Positions 1 through 7,553 of a DNA stretch of 34,277 bases are shown piece by piece. This DNA comes from an uncultured Anaerolineaceae bacterium. GTDB taxonomy: Bacteria; Chloroflexota; Anaerolineae; JAAYZQ01. The notes beneath the pieces are model-generated. The model was given only the letters and a program-made list of their open reading frames with translations, searched no databases and had not been told where the DNA came from. The DNA is taken from assembly GCA_964452125.1 (NCBI GenBank), contig CAYVLO010000001.1, positions 1 to 34,277 of the forward strand, given 5' to 3'. Each line of letters opens with the position of its first letter. Positions within the stretch are counted from its first letter, which is position 1. A program made the position numbers and the translations under genes.

Positions 1-1
1 G

Positions 2-550
2 TCGAATTTGGCCGATCTGCGCCGTCAGTTGGCAACTCGCCAGCAGGAGGTGTCTGCGAGCACCGATCGACTGCGGGCTCTGAATGACGAACTCAGCCGG
101 CAGCAGCTCATGGCCGGTCTCATTCCCCTGCAAGGCCCCGGCATTTTGGTGACGCTGGATGATAGCGAGATCTCGGCGCAGCCCAAATCCGATCCCAATG
201 CCTACATTGTTCACGAGTATGACCTCCGCGATGTTGTCAACCTGCTGTGGATGGCTGGGGCGGAGGCGATTGCCATCAACGATGAGCGGCTGGTGAGTAA
301 CTCGTCGATCTATTGCGTGGGCAGCACCGTGCTCGTCAACGATACCCGGCTTTCCCCACCGTATGTGATCCGGGCTGTGGGCCATTCCCGGGTGCTCCTG
401 GACACTTTGCGCAATCCTTCCTATCTGCCCGAGTTGAAGGAAAAGCAGCGCCTCTACGGCATTCGTTTCGACGTCAGGGCGATGGCCAACCTGACCCTGC
501 CCGCATACAGCGGTAGCTTTGCCATCCGCTATGCATGGCCTGGCGAGTAA
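2..550 (+). CDS. DUF881 domain protein, 5' end cut by window edge
   Basis: The frame is open to position 2 with no upstream stop. The translation has the DUF881-like core GPGILVTLDD...YIVHEYDLRDVVNLLWMAGAEAIAINDERLV. It lacks the N-terminal TM helix seen in its downstream paralogue, so it is probably truncated. Confidence 0.7.
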   Translation, partial: SNLADLRRQLATRQQEVSASTDRLRALNDELSRQQLMAGLIPLQGPGILVTLDDSEISAQPKSDPNAYIVHEYDLRDVVNLLWMAGAEAIAINDERLVSNSSIYCVGSTVLVNDTRLSPPYVIRAVGHSRVLLDTLRNPSYLPELKEKQRLYGIRFDVRAMANLTLPAYSGSFAIRYAWPGE

Positions 551-554
551 TCCC

Positions 555-1223
555 ATGCGTCTCCGATCCTGGCTCCCCACCCTTTTGCTGACATCCGCCT
601 GTCTGTTTTTGGGATTGCTGCTGGTGGTTCAGTTGCGAACCGAATCGAGCGCCCGCCAAAAAATGCTGGGAACCGAGTGGGAATTCCTGTTGATCGATCT
701 CATCGATGGTAACGAACGTTTGAGGCAAGAGATCGAGACGGTTGAACAGCAATTGGCCGATCTCGATCGGGTCGGTGGGGGCGGGGTCATGGAATCGTTG
801 GTGGCCGAAGTCAATTACCTGCGCATTGCCAATGGCTTGATCGAGGTCTCTGGGCCGGGTGTGGAACTGGTTCTTACCGGGCCTGTCAGCGTTTTGGACT
901 TGAATGATCTGATTAATGAACTACGGAATGCGGGCGCCGAATCGCTCGCCTTGAACGGGCGTCGATTAGTGGCCTGGTCGGCCATTGGTACCGATGGGCA
1001 GTTTGTGACCGTGGATGGCCAACCCATCGCGGCGCCTTACCGGCTTCAGGCCATCGGTGGGTCAGAATCCCTGAAAAAGGCCTTGCTGCGGACGGGTGGC
1101 ATGGTCGAGTTGATCGGCCAGGCCAATCGGCAGGTGTCGATAGAGGTCTTGGAAGCCGAAAAGCTTACCCTGCCGCGCTATGATTCCACCTTTCAATTCG
1201 CCTATGCCCGAGCGGTGGATTAG
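555..1223 (+). CDS. DUF881 domain protein with an N-terminal TM helix
   Basis: It has a TM segment (WLPTLLLTSACLFLGLLLVVQL) and the same core as the upstream gene (VSGPGVELVLTG...DLNDLINELRNAGAESLALNGRRLV). I chose ATG 555, which lies 5 nt after the upstream TAA. The alternative start is TTG 519. Confidence 0.7.
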   Translation: MRLRSWLPTLLLTSACLFLGLLLVVQLRTESSARQKMLGTEWEFLLIDLIDGNERLRQEIETVEQQLADLDRVGGGGVMESLVAEVNYLRIANGLIEVSGPGVELVLTGPVSVLDLNDLINELRNAGAESLALNGRRLVAWSAIGTDGQFVTVDGQPIAAPYRLQAIGGSESLKKALLRTGGMVELIGQANRQVSIEVLEAEKLTLPRYDSTFQFAYARAVD

Positions 1224-1251
1224 GGCAGGTCGCGGGAGTTTTGGATCTCGA

Positions 1252-1283
1252 TCAAAAAGGAGCCGGGCAACTTTGCCCGGCTC
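1252..1283 (-). terminator. Intrinsic terminator between convergent genes
   Basis: The hairpin is GAGCCGGGC (1260-1268) / GCCCGGCTC (1275-1283) with loop AACTTT. On the minus strand it is followed by CTTTTTGA. It sits just 3' of the minus-strand gene that ends at 1306. Confidence 0.5.
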
Positions 1284-1305
1284 TCGGTTGTCGTCAGGGT
1301 CGATT

Positions 1306-2487
1306 TCAGGGGATCAGGCTGAGCATGCGTCCCACGCGGGCAAATTTCTCCAGGACAAAGTCCATTTGCTCGTCGGTGTGGGTGGCCATGTAGCTGGTGC
1401 GCAGCAGCGACAGGTTGGACGGCACGGCGGGCGGGATCACCGGATTGGTATACACCCCTTCTTCGAACAGCATACGCCACGTCAGGAAGGTCGCGTGCTG
1501 ATCGCCAATGATGATGGGGATGATGGGCGTTTCGCTCGGGCCGGTGTTAAAGCCGAGCTTGGCGTATTCGCCGCGCATTCGCTCGCCGATTTCGTTCACG
1601 CGCACGATCCGCTCGGGTTCGTCGATCATCACGTCCAGTGCAGCCGACACGGCGGCGGCGTTGCCCGGGGGCATCGAGGCGCTAAAGATCAGCGATCGGG
1701 CGTGATGCTGAATATAGTGAATCACGTCGTCCGAACCGGCAATGAATCCGCCCAGCGAAGCAAACGACTTGCTAAAGGTGCCCATCACCAAGTCGACGTC
1801 GTCGTTCACACCCAGATGAATGCCTGTGCCCTTGCCCCCGCCCAGGACGCCGATCGAGTGGGCGTCGTCGACCATCAGGCGCGCCCCATATTTCTTGCAG
1901 AGGGGGATGATGTCGCGCAGAGGAGCGATGTCTCCGCCCATGCTGAATACGCCATCGACCACCACCAACCGGCCCGCCTCGTCGGGGATTTTGGCCAGGA
2001 CGCGCTCGAGATCCTCCATGTCGTTGTGGCGGTACCGTTTCATGGTGCCAAAGGACAGGCGGCAGCCATCGACGATGCTGGCGTGGTCATCCTTGTCGGT
2101 GACGACGGTATCGCCGCGACCGATGATGGCCGAGATGGTGCCCAGGTTCACCTGGTAGCCTGTGCTGAACACCAGAGCGGCCTCTTTTTCCACATACTCG
2201 GCCAGTCGTTTTTCCAGCTCCAGGTGCCAGGCCAGCGTGCCGTTCAGAAAGCGGGAACCGGTGCAACTGGTGCCGAACTGGCGAGTGGCTTCGATGGCCG
2301 CTTCCCGTACGTGGGGATGGGTGGTCAATCCCAGGTAGTTGTTGGAACCGATCATCACCAGCTTCTTGTCGCCGATGGTGACCTCTGTGCCCTCGGTGTC
2401 ATCCAGGGGCATGAAATAGGGATAGAACCCCGACGCAATTAGCTCTCGGGCGTCGGTCCAGGTCCGGCACTTTTCAAAGAGATCCAT
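1306..2487 (-). CDS. PLP-dependent alpha-oxoamine synthase (BioF/Kbl/serine palmitoyltransferase family; most SPT-like by eye)
   Basis: Motifs are the PLP-lysine block GTFSKSFASLGGFIAG, DDAHSIG, SNNYLGL and VFSTGYQVNLG. I chose the start at MDLFEK (ATG 2487) with GGAAGG upstream. The longer ORF-track N-terminus is Arg/Pro-rich and unlike the family. Confidence 0.85.
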   Translation of the reverse strand: MDLFEKCRTWTDARELIASGFYPYFMPLDDTEGTEVTIGDKKLVMIGSNNYLGLTTHPHVREAAIEATRQFGTSCTGSRFLNGTLAWHLELEKRLAEYVEKEAALVFSTGYQVNLGTISAIIGRGDTVVTDKDDHASIVDGCRLSFGTMKRYRHNDMEDLERVLAKIPDEAGRLVVVDGVFSMGGDIAPLRDIIPLCKKYGARLMVDDAHSIGVLGGGKGTGIHLGVNDDVDLVMGTFSKSFASLGGFIAGSDDVIHYIQHHARSLIFSASMPPGNAAAVSAALDVMIDEPERIVRVNEIGERMRGEYAKLGFNTGPSETPIIPIIIGDQHATFLTWRMLFEEGVYTNPVIPPAVPSNLSLLRTSYMATHTDEQMDFVLEKFARVGRMLSLIP

Positions 2488-2518
2488 GGTTTGGTTCCGC
2501 CTTCCTATATCGGGATAG

Positions 2519-2755
2519 TCACTGCCCGCAGGTCGAGCAGTTGTGCGTGGCGCACGAGGCGCAACTGCTGCCACCGGTCACGGTGCGGCTGTCGCCGTTG
2601 CTGCCCTTGCTCATTGCGGAGAAAAGAGAGATGGCCCGGGACGTGCGCTCGCTGCCGCATTGGCTGCAGGTGGCAGGCGAGTCGGCTTGGCTCATGGGGC
2701 GCAGTTTTCCAAATTTGGCGCCGCAGTCGGCGCATCGGTACTCGTAGATTGGCAT
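2519..2755 (-). CDS. FmdB-family zinc-ribbon protein (CxxC...CxxC), 78 aa
   Basis: It begins MPIYEYRCADCGAKF...CSQCGS, the classic FmdB/CxxC_CxxC_SSSS N-terminus, and has a Cys-rich tail CASCATHNCSTC. It ends 31 nt upstream of the synthase gene, so the two likely form an operon. The 196-aa ORF-track version is rejected. Confidence 0.8.
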   Translation of the reverse strand: MPIYEYRCADCGAKFGKLRPMSQADSPATCSQCGSERTSRAISLFSAMSKGSNGDSRTVTGGSSCASCATHNCSTCGQ

Positions 2756-2797
2756 GGTACACACACTCGGTCGGTAATTTGGCTTGAGAACCGGCTT

Positions 2798-2826
2798 ATT
2801 GTACAATGTTTTCCAGAATCGGTCAA
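2798..2826 (-). promoter_or_regulatory. Sigma-70-like promoter for the FmdB/oxoamine-synthase pair
   Basis: The minus strand reads TTGACC, then 17 nt, then TACAAT. This lies about 40 nt upstream of ATG 2755. Confidence 0.45.
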
Positions 2827-2900
2827 ATGCCCGCGCCTGCATCTGGCGGGCACTAGCAGCTTGTCGGAGAGAAAACCACCGAGGCAAAACGCCGTCTATT

Positions 2901-3021
2901 TTGTCATTCTGAGGCCCCGAAGGGGCCGAAGAATCTCGCTTTTCGGCTGTCAAATGGGATCTAATGGCGAGATTCTTCGTCGCTCCGGCGGCTTTGCCGC
3001 CTCCGTTCCTCAGAATGACAA
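2901..3021. repeat. 121-nt nested palindromic (cloverleaf-like) intergenic element
   Basis: - Outer arms TTGTCATTCTGAGG (2901-2914) / CCTCAGAATGACAA (3008-3021) pair 14/14.
- First inner hairpin: GGCCCC-GAA-GGGGCC (2913-2927).
- Second inner stem: CGAAGAATCTCGC (2927-2939) / GCGAGATTCTTCG (2967-2979), closing a 27-nt loop.
- Third inner hairpin: GGCGGC-TTT-GCCGCC (2987-3001). Confidence 0.6.
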
Positions 3022-3038
3022 CCCTCTCCGACAGGCTG

Positions 3039-3767
3039 CTAGACAGTCGCGTCAAACTCGTCCAGAACCGGCGCGGGCTGGCCCATGGCTGTGCGGTAGG
3101 CCTGGCCATACAGGTGCCCGGTGACCATGTAGCTGTAGGGGCCTGTGACCAGCCAGCCGATGCCGCAGACGAGGGCGCCCAGACTGCCCACCAAGCCGGC
3201 GACCCAGCTCATGACAAAGGTGAGCAGGTAGGTTTTGAAATTGTCGCGGACAAAGGACAGGACCTCGCCAAAGCGGAAGGCAGCGCCCAGGTCGTCACGA
3301 TCGACATAGAACCCGATGGCCGCTGGCAGCACGATGGACAGGGCAATCCCGTACAAAAAGCTCAAGCAGATTAGCAGCATGCTCAGGGTTATGCTTAGCG
3401 CTTCCATGGTGCCGACAGATGATAGGCCCTGGGCGTTCTCGGCGAGCAGCCCGGCGGGAATGCCCAGACAGAGGCTCACCAGGATGATGGGCAGAGCATA
3501 GACGATGCCGATGACGATCACTTTGAGCCCATCGGTCAATAGCTTGCCCCAATCGGTCCATTCAGGCAGTTCGTCCTGCTGGCCCCGAATCACGCGCCGG
3601 GTGATCTCGACCGAGTAGCCGGCCAGAACCAAGGCGGCCACAATGGCCGGAATGAGCAGGACCCATGAGAATAGGATGCCGACAAGCAGAATGGCAGCCG
3701 CCAGGAGGATCTTGACGATCCAGTCCTTGTCTTCGAAAACGAACGCGAACGACTTTCCGATGTCCAT
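3039..3767 (-). CDS. DUF4013 family membrane protein
   Basis: The N-terminus MDIGKSFAFVFEDKDWIVKILLAAAILLVG...AGYSVEITRRVIRG...LPEWTDWGKLLTDGLK matches the DUF4013 pattern, and there are several TM helices. ATG 3767 is preceded by AAGGAGGG. Confidence 0.7.
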   Translation of the reverse strand: MDIGKSFAFVFEDKDWIVKILLAAAILLVGILFSWVLLIPAIVAALVLAGYSVEITRRVIRGQQDELPEWTDWGKLLTDGLKVIVIGIVYALPIILVSLCLGIPAGLLAENAQGLSSVGTMEALSITLSMLLICLSFLYGIALSIVLPAAIGFYVDRDDLGAAFRFGEVLSFVRDNFKTYLLTFVMSWVAGLVGSLGALVCGIGWLVTGPYSYMVTGHLYGQAYRTAMGQPAPVLDEFDATV

Positions 3768-3795
3768 TTTTCCCTCCTTGAGTGGTCTTGTCTCC

Positions 3796-3824
3796 ATTAT
3801 ACCAGAAGATGGTACTTCTGGCAA
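3796..3824 (-). promoter_or_regulatory. Sigma-70-like promoter with extended -10 for the DUF4013 gene
   Basis: The minus strand reads TTGCCA, then 17 nt, then TATAAT, with TG at the extended -10 position (cTGgTATAAT). The -10 lies about 30 nt upstream of ATG 3767. Confidence 0.5.
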
Positions 3825-3892
3825 TCACTCTACGCCCGAACCGGTGTAAGGTTTCGGGTTTTTCCCTGGAGTGTGGCGGTCGATCCGGCTGG

Positions 3893-4738
3893 CTAAAGAT
3901 CCAGCCAGCGCACCTGCCGCTCCTCGAAAGTAACCACGGCCCGGAATCCGAGCTGGCGGAGCAGGTCCTGGGCCATTGCCACGCCCTCGCCCAGATGGTC
4001 GGCGCTGTGGGCATCGGAGCCGAGGGTCACCCGTTCGCCGCCGAGCTGCCGATACCAGGCCAGGATCGTGGGCGCGGGGTAGGGCTCGCCCGGCGCCTGA
4101 CGCCAGCCGGAGGTGTTGACCTCCAGGGCCATGCCTTGCCTGATCGCAGCCTGCAAAATGTCGCAGATCTCGTCCCGGTAGAGGGCTGGCTCAAAGGGGC
4201 CATAGTAGGCCGTTCCGTGCCGCTTAATCAGATCCAGATGGCCCAGGATGTCGCCCAGGCCGCTGTGGGCGGCGCGCAAAAGTTCCTGGAAATAGGGGCC
4301 ATAGGCCTGGCGCTGGTTGTGGGAGCGAAAGTAGCGGCCTGCCATCCGAGCCTCGGAGACGATGCTCCACCCATCGGCATAGTCTATGACGTGAATGGAG
4401 GTGACGGCGTAATCCAGGGCCTCGATCTCCAGCCAGGTGCGGATCTCGTCCTCCTTGTGGCTCTGGTACGAGATCTCGATGCCCTGCCGCAAGCAGATGC
4501 CCGGCACATCCGCCCGAACGCGGGCGATCTCACGGCTGTAGCGGACCAGGTCCAGGTGGTCGCAGTGGCGGTCGCGGGGGTCCAGGTCGACGTGCTCGCA
4601 AAAGCCCACCTCTTCCAGCCCCAGAGCCAGGGCGCGGTGGGCGTGTTCGGCAATGCTCGATTGGCCATCGGCCGAAGCGTCAGAATGGACGTGCAGGTCC
4701 AGCCGCGCCGTGGGCGAGCCGGGCAAAGATCGGTGCAT
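3893..4738 (-). CDS. PHP-domain phosphatase, HisJ (histidinol-phosphatase) family
   Basis: The N-terminus is LDLHVHSDASADGQSSIAEHAHRALALGLEEVGFCEHVD, followed by further His/Asp metal-ligand blocks (TSIHVIDY, GHLD, GSDAH). Start ATG 4738 lies 8 nt after the upstream stop. The 152 extra ORF-track residues overlap the neighbouring gene and are rejected. Confidence 0.75.
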   Translation of the reverse strand: MHRSLPGSPTARLDLHVHSDASADGQSSIAEHAHRALALGLEEVGFCEHVDLDPRDRHCDHLDLVRYSREIARVRADVPGICLRQGIEISYQSHKEDEIRTWLEIEALDYAVTSIHVIDYADGWSIVSEARMAGRYFRSHNQRQAYGPYFQELLRAAHSGLGDILGHLDLIKRHGTAYYGPFEPALYRDEICDILQAAIRQGMALEVNTSGWRQAPGEPYPAPTILAWYRQLGGERVTLGSDAHSADHLGEGVAMAQDLLRQLGFRAVVTFEERQVRWLDL

Positions 4739-4746
4739 GGGGGGAA

Positions 4747-6240
4747 TCACGGGGCAAGCTGGGGCACGATGAACAGAAACAGGCTGGCTCCCGCCAAGGC
4801 GATGAGGCCCAGGTAGGGGATGGCCTGAAGGACGGGGTCCAGGGCGCGCGGCAGGAAGCGGCGGAGGGCCAGGGCTGCGGCAGTGGCAGCCAGCATCAGG
4901 GCCGGCCAGTTGGATAGGAGCCCGGTCAGGCGCAGGAGGATGGCGCCCGCCAGCAGCGCCGCGGCCAACGGCCAGGCCAGGCGCCGCTCCAGGACCTCGC
5001 GCCAGCCCAGAGCCACGGCCAATCCCGCCGGCGCCAGGGCGCGGAACAGATAGCGCCCCTGATGTTGCAGAAACCCCAGGTTGTACCAGGCATAGCTGGC
5101 AGCGACCATCACCGCCAGCAGGAGAAGCAACCCGCCCGCGGCCCACTGCCAGCGGGCGATCTCGGCCCGTCGACCCCAGGCCCGGATCAGCCACAGGACG
5201 AAGCCAATGAGCGCCAGGGCCGAGAGAAGGGCCGCCACCTGGTACAGGCGCTCATCCAACAAGACGCCCATCCAACCGAACTGACCCCAAAAGCTGTGAA
5301 AGGTGGTCACCACCAGATTGTGGGCCCAGGTGCCCAACCCCTGAGCGGCGATAAAGTCGGCGGTGCGGAGCTGGCCTGCCACCACCTGATCGTGGCGGGC
5401 CAACCCCAAAAAGTCGAGCCCGCCGTAGATGGCCAGGTTGCGCAGCCACCAGGGAAGGGCCAGCCCAATGGCTGGCGCGAAATAGAGAAGCCCCCCTTGG
5501 ATGGTGCGGCGCAGGGTGGGGGGCGTGTCGGTCAGCCACAGGTGCCGGAGGCCCACAGCCGCCAGCGCCAGGGGCAGGGCAATATAGACCCCCGACTTGG
5601 TCAGGAAACACAGGCCGGTGGCGATGCCCATCAGCAGCAGGAGGCGGGCGTTGGCGCCCTCTCCTTGCGGGTCCTCATCCGCCTTTAGATAGCGCAGGCC
5701 AAAGAGTGCAACGCCTGCCAGCAAAAGCTCGGAAAGGGGGTCGTTGTTGGCCGAAGCGACCATGGCCAAATGCATGGGCAAAAAGGCGACAAAGGCCGTC
5801 GCTCCCAGGGCCAAGTAGGGACGGCCAGGGGCCGCTGTACACACGATCCGGTGGATGGCCACCAGCAGCCACCCGCCCAGGAACACCGACAACAGACGGA
5901 TGGGCAGGAGAGCTCCGTCAAAGAGGGCGTACACCGGCACGGCCAACAGGTAGTAGAGGGGAGGTTGATGGAACTCGTAGCGGATCGGCTCGATGCTCAT
6001 GTCGGGGGGAAAGTGGGCGGCTTTGATCTCTTCCAGGTAGTCGCCCGGATAATCGCCCATTTTGAGGATCGGGAACCGGCCCTGCTCGGCGAGGTAGCGG
6101 ATATAGTTATAGTGGGCGGGCTCATCGGGCGCCTGCCAGGCGGGGGTATAGATCGCGTACAGGGTCCCCAGGATGGCGTAGAGGACGAGGATCGTCGCCA
6201 AAAGTCCGCCTATCCGGTTGTCTCGCTTTGGCCGCGTCAT
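4747..6240 (-). CDS. Polytopic GT-C glycosyltransferase (ArnT/PMT, GT39/GT83-like)
   Basis: It has at least 10 predicted TM helices. The first-loop motif is APDEPAHYNYIRYL (a DE-x-x-H/Y type). GGAGG precedes ATG 6240. Confidence 0.65.
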   Translation of the reverse strand: MTRPKRDNRIGGLLATILVLYAILGTLYAIYTPAWQAPDEPAHYNYIRYLAEQGRFPILKMGDYPGDYLEEIKAAHFPPDMSIEPIRYEFHQPPLYYLLAVPVYALFDGALLPIRLLSVFLGGWLLVAIHRIVCTAAPGRPYLALGATAFVAFLPMHLAMVASANNDPLSELLLAGVALFGLRYLKADEDPQGEGANARLLLLMGIATGLCFLTKSGVYIALPLALAAVGLRHLWLTDTPPTLRRTIQGGLLYFAPAIGLALPWWLRNLAIYGGLDFLGLARHDQVVAGQLRTADFIAAQGLGTWAHNLVVTTFHSFWGQFGWMGVLLDERLYQVAALLSALALIGFVLWLIRAWGRRAEIARWQWAAGGLLLLLAVMVAASYAWYNLGFLQHQGRYLFRALAPAGLAVALGWREVLERRLAWPLAAALLAGAILLRLTGLLSNWPALMLAATAAALALRRFLPRALDPVLQAIPYLGLIALAGASLFLFIVPQLAP

Positions 6241-6389
6241 AGCACCTCCGGCCCTATTCTACCCCAGCTAGGGTAAAAAGCCAAACAAGCGGAGGGGAGG
6301 CATCGCCAGTATGTGGTGTGTCGGCCCAATTGGCAGAGATGGGCAGCGTCTGGTGCGAGGCGGAATCGACTTTGGCAAGGACTTGGCCT

Positions 6390-7553
6390 CTACGGGTTGG
6401 CGGCGAGGGAGCGATAAAGGGCCAGGGTGTCGGCAGCGATCTTTTCCCAGCGAAATTCGGCCGCCAGGGCCAGGGCGCCGCGGCCCAGCCGTTGGCGCCC
6501 TTCTGGGTCGGCCGCCCATTGGGCGATGGCCAGGGCCAGGGCCTGGGGATCTTCCGGGGGCACCATCGCCACGTTGCCGCCATCGGATAGTTCGGGCAGG
6601 GGGATGCGGGGCCGGGTGGTGACGATGGGCACGCCGTGGGCCAGCGCGGCGTGGAACGTGCCGTGGAGGAACGATACCCCGTCGCGGAAGGGCAGGGCGC
6701 ACAGATCGGAGGCCCAGAAGCAGGCCGAAACCTCCTCGCCGGCGAGATACCCGGTCCATTGCACTCGCTCCTCCAACCCCAGCTCGGCGATGAGCTGCTG
6801 GATCTGCAGCAGGTATTGAGCATTGGTTGGGTCGCTGGCGCCGGTCTGCCCGCCGATGAACAGCAGGCGGGCTCGTGGGACCAGGCCCGAGACCAGGTGA
6901 TGCAGGGCGTGCAGCAGGATGTCTACGCCCTTGCGGTCGTTGATAAAGCCAAAGAAGCAGAGCAAGAGATCCTCAGGTCCAGCGCCCCAACGCCTCCGCC
7001 AGGCAGTCCGATCGTACTCTTGGGGCAATCGCGGCGCGATGTTCGAACCGATGGGGATCAGGGCAGGAGGCCGCCCCAGCGCTTGCTGCAAGCTTTGCCA
7101 GTCCTCGCGATTGGTGGTAATGGCCGCGTCGCTCTGGCGGGCCAGCTCGGTGACCACCCGGCGGCGCAGCGGGCCTGCCTTGGGAAAGAGGTAGGGTACT
7201 TTCAAGTCGTGGAAGGTGGCGACCGACCGGGGCCGCGGGAGGCCCTTCCACCGCAATCGACGGGGCCAAAAATTGATGGCCGGGTGCATGGCATAGGCGG
7301 CGGCCTGATATTGGACGTGGACCACGTCGGGCGAGTGGGCGCCGATGGTATCGTGCAGAACGCGCCAGCAGCTCCAGTCCCAGCGCTCGACGATGGGATG
7401 GACGGCGAGCCCTGGCGCCGGACCGGCTGCCGTGGAGGTCAGAACGTGGACCTTGCACCCCAGATCGGCCAATGCCTGCCCGATTTCCCGGGTGTAATCG
7501 CCCACGCCACCCTGCATGGGCGGAAATTCGCCAGTGACAAAAAGCACCTTCAT
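6390..7553 (-). CDS. GT-B glycosyltransferase, family 4-like
   Basis: The N-terminus is MKVLFVTGEFPPMQGGVGDYTRE. The C-terminal half is a typical Glycos_transf_1 domain (LLFIGG...ALPFRDGVSFLHGTFHAALAHGVPIVTT). Confidence 0.8.
   Translation of the reverse strand: MKVLFVTGEFPPMQGGVGDYTREIGQALADLGCKVHVLTSTAAGPAPGLAVHPIVERWDWSCWRVLHDTIGAHSPDVVHVQYQAAAYAMHPAINFWPRRLRWKGLPRPRSVATFHDLKVPYLFPKAGPLRRRVVTELARQSDAAITTNREDWQSLQQALGRPPALIPIGSNIAPRLPQEYDRTAWRRRWGAGPEDLLLCFFGFINDRKGVDILLHALHHLVSGLVPRARLLFIGGQTGASDPTNAQYLLQIQQLIAELGLEERVQWTGYLAGEEVSACFWASDLCALPFRDGVSFLHGTFHAALAHGVPIVTTRPRIPLPELSDGGNVAMVPPEDPQALALAIAQWAADPEGRQRLGRGALALAAEFRWEKIAADTLALYRSLAANP

Noticed and set aside
1180-2442. A set of very long ORFs lies antisense to confidently assigned genes. 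Examples are 1180-2442(+), 3782-4816(+), 8358-9518(+), 10369-11859(+), 13986-15614(-), 16784-17956(-), 26157-27197(-) and 27377-28513(-).
   Set aside because: Each one lies fully opposite a gene with strong family motifs. Their translations are Gly/Arg/Ala/His/Gln-rich with no recognisable domains, and stop codons are rare in GC-rich DNA. They are shadow ORFs.
2519-3109. The ORF track offers a 196-aa version of the zinc-ribbon ORF and a 433-aa version (3893-5194) of the PHP ORF.
   Set aside because: The N-terminal extensions are Arg/Pro/Gly-rich. They run across a promoter and the palindromic repeat, or across the neighbouring GT-C gene in another frame. The family-typical N-termini (MPIYEYRC, and MHRS...LDLHVHSD) start at internal ATGs.
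3835-3863. A hairpin CCCGAA...TTCGGG followed by TTTTT looks like a plus-strand intrinsic terminator.
   Set aside because: No plus-strand gene or promoter lies upstream of it, and on the minus strand it has no T-tract. It may insulate against antisense transcription, but I cannot support a function.
6256-6284. A promoter-like TTGGCT-17-TAGAAT on the minus strand lies upstream of the GT-C gene.
   Set aside because: The implied transcription start falls on or inside the GGAGG ribosome-binding site, a few nt before ATG 6240. A functional leader would therefore be missing. The gene is more likely read through from the upstream GT genes.
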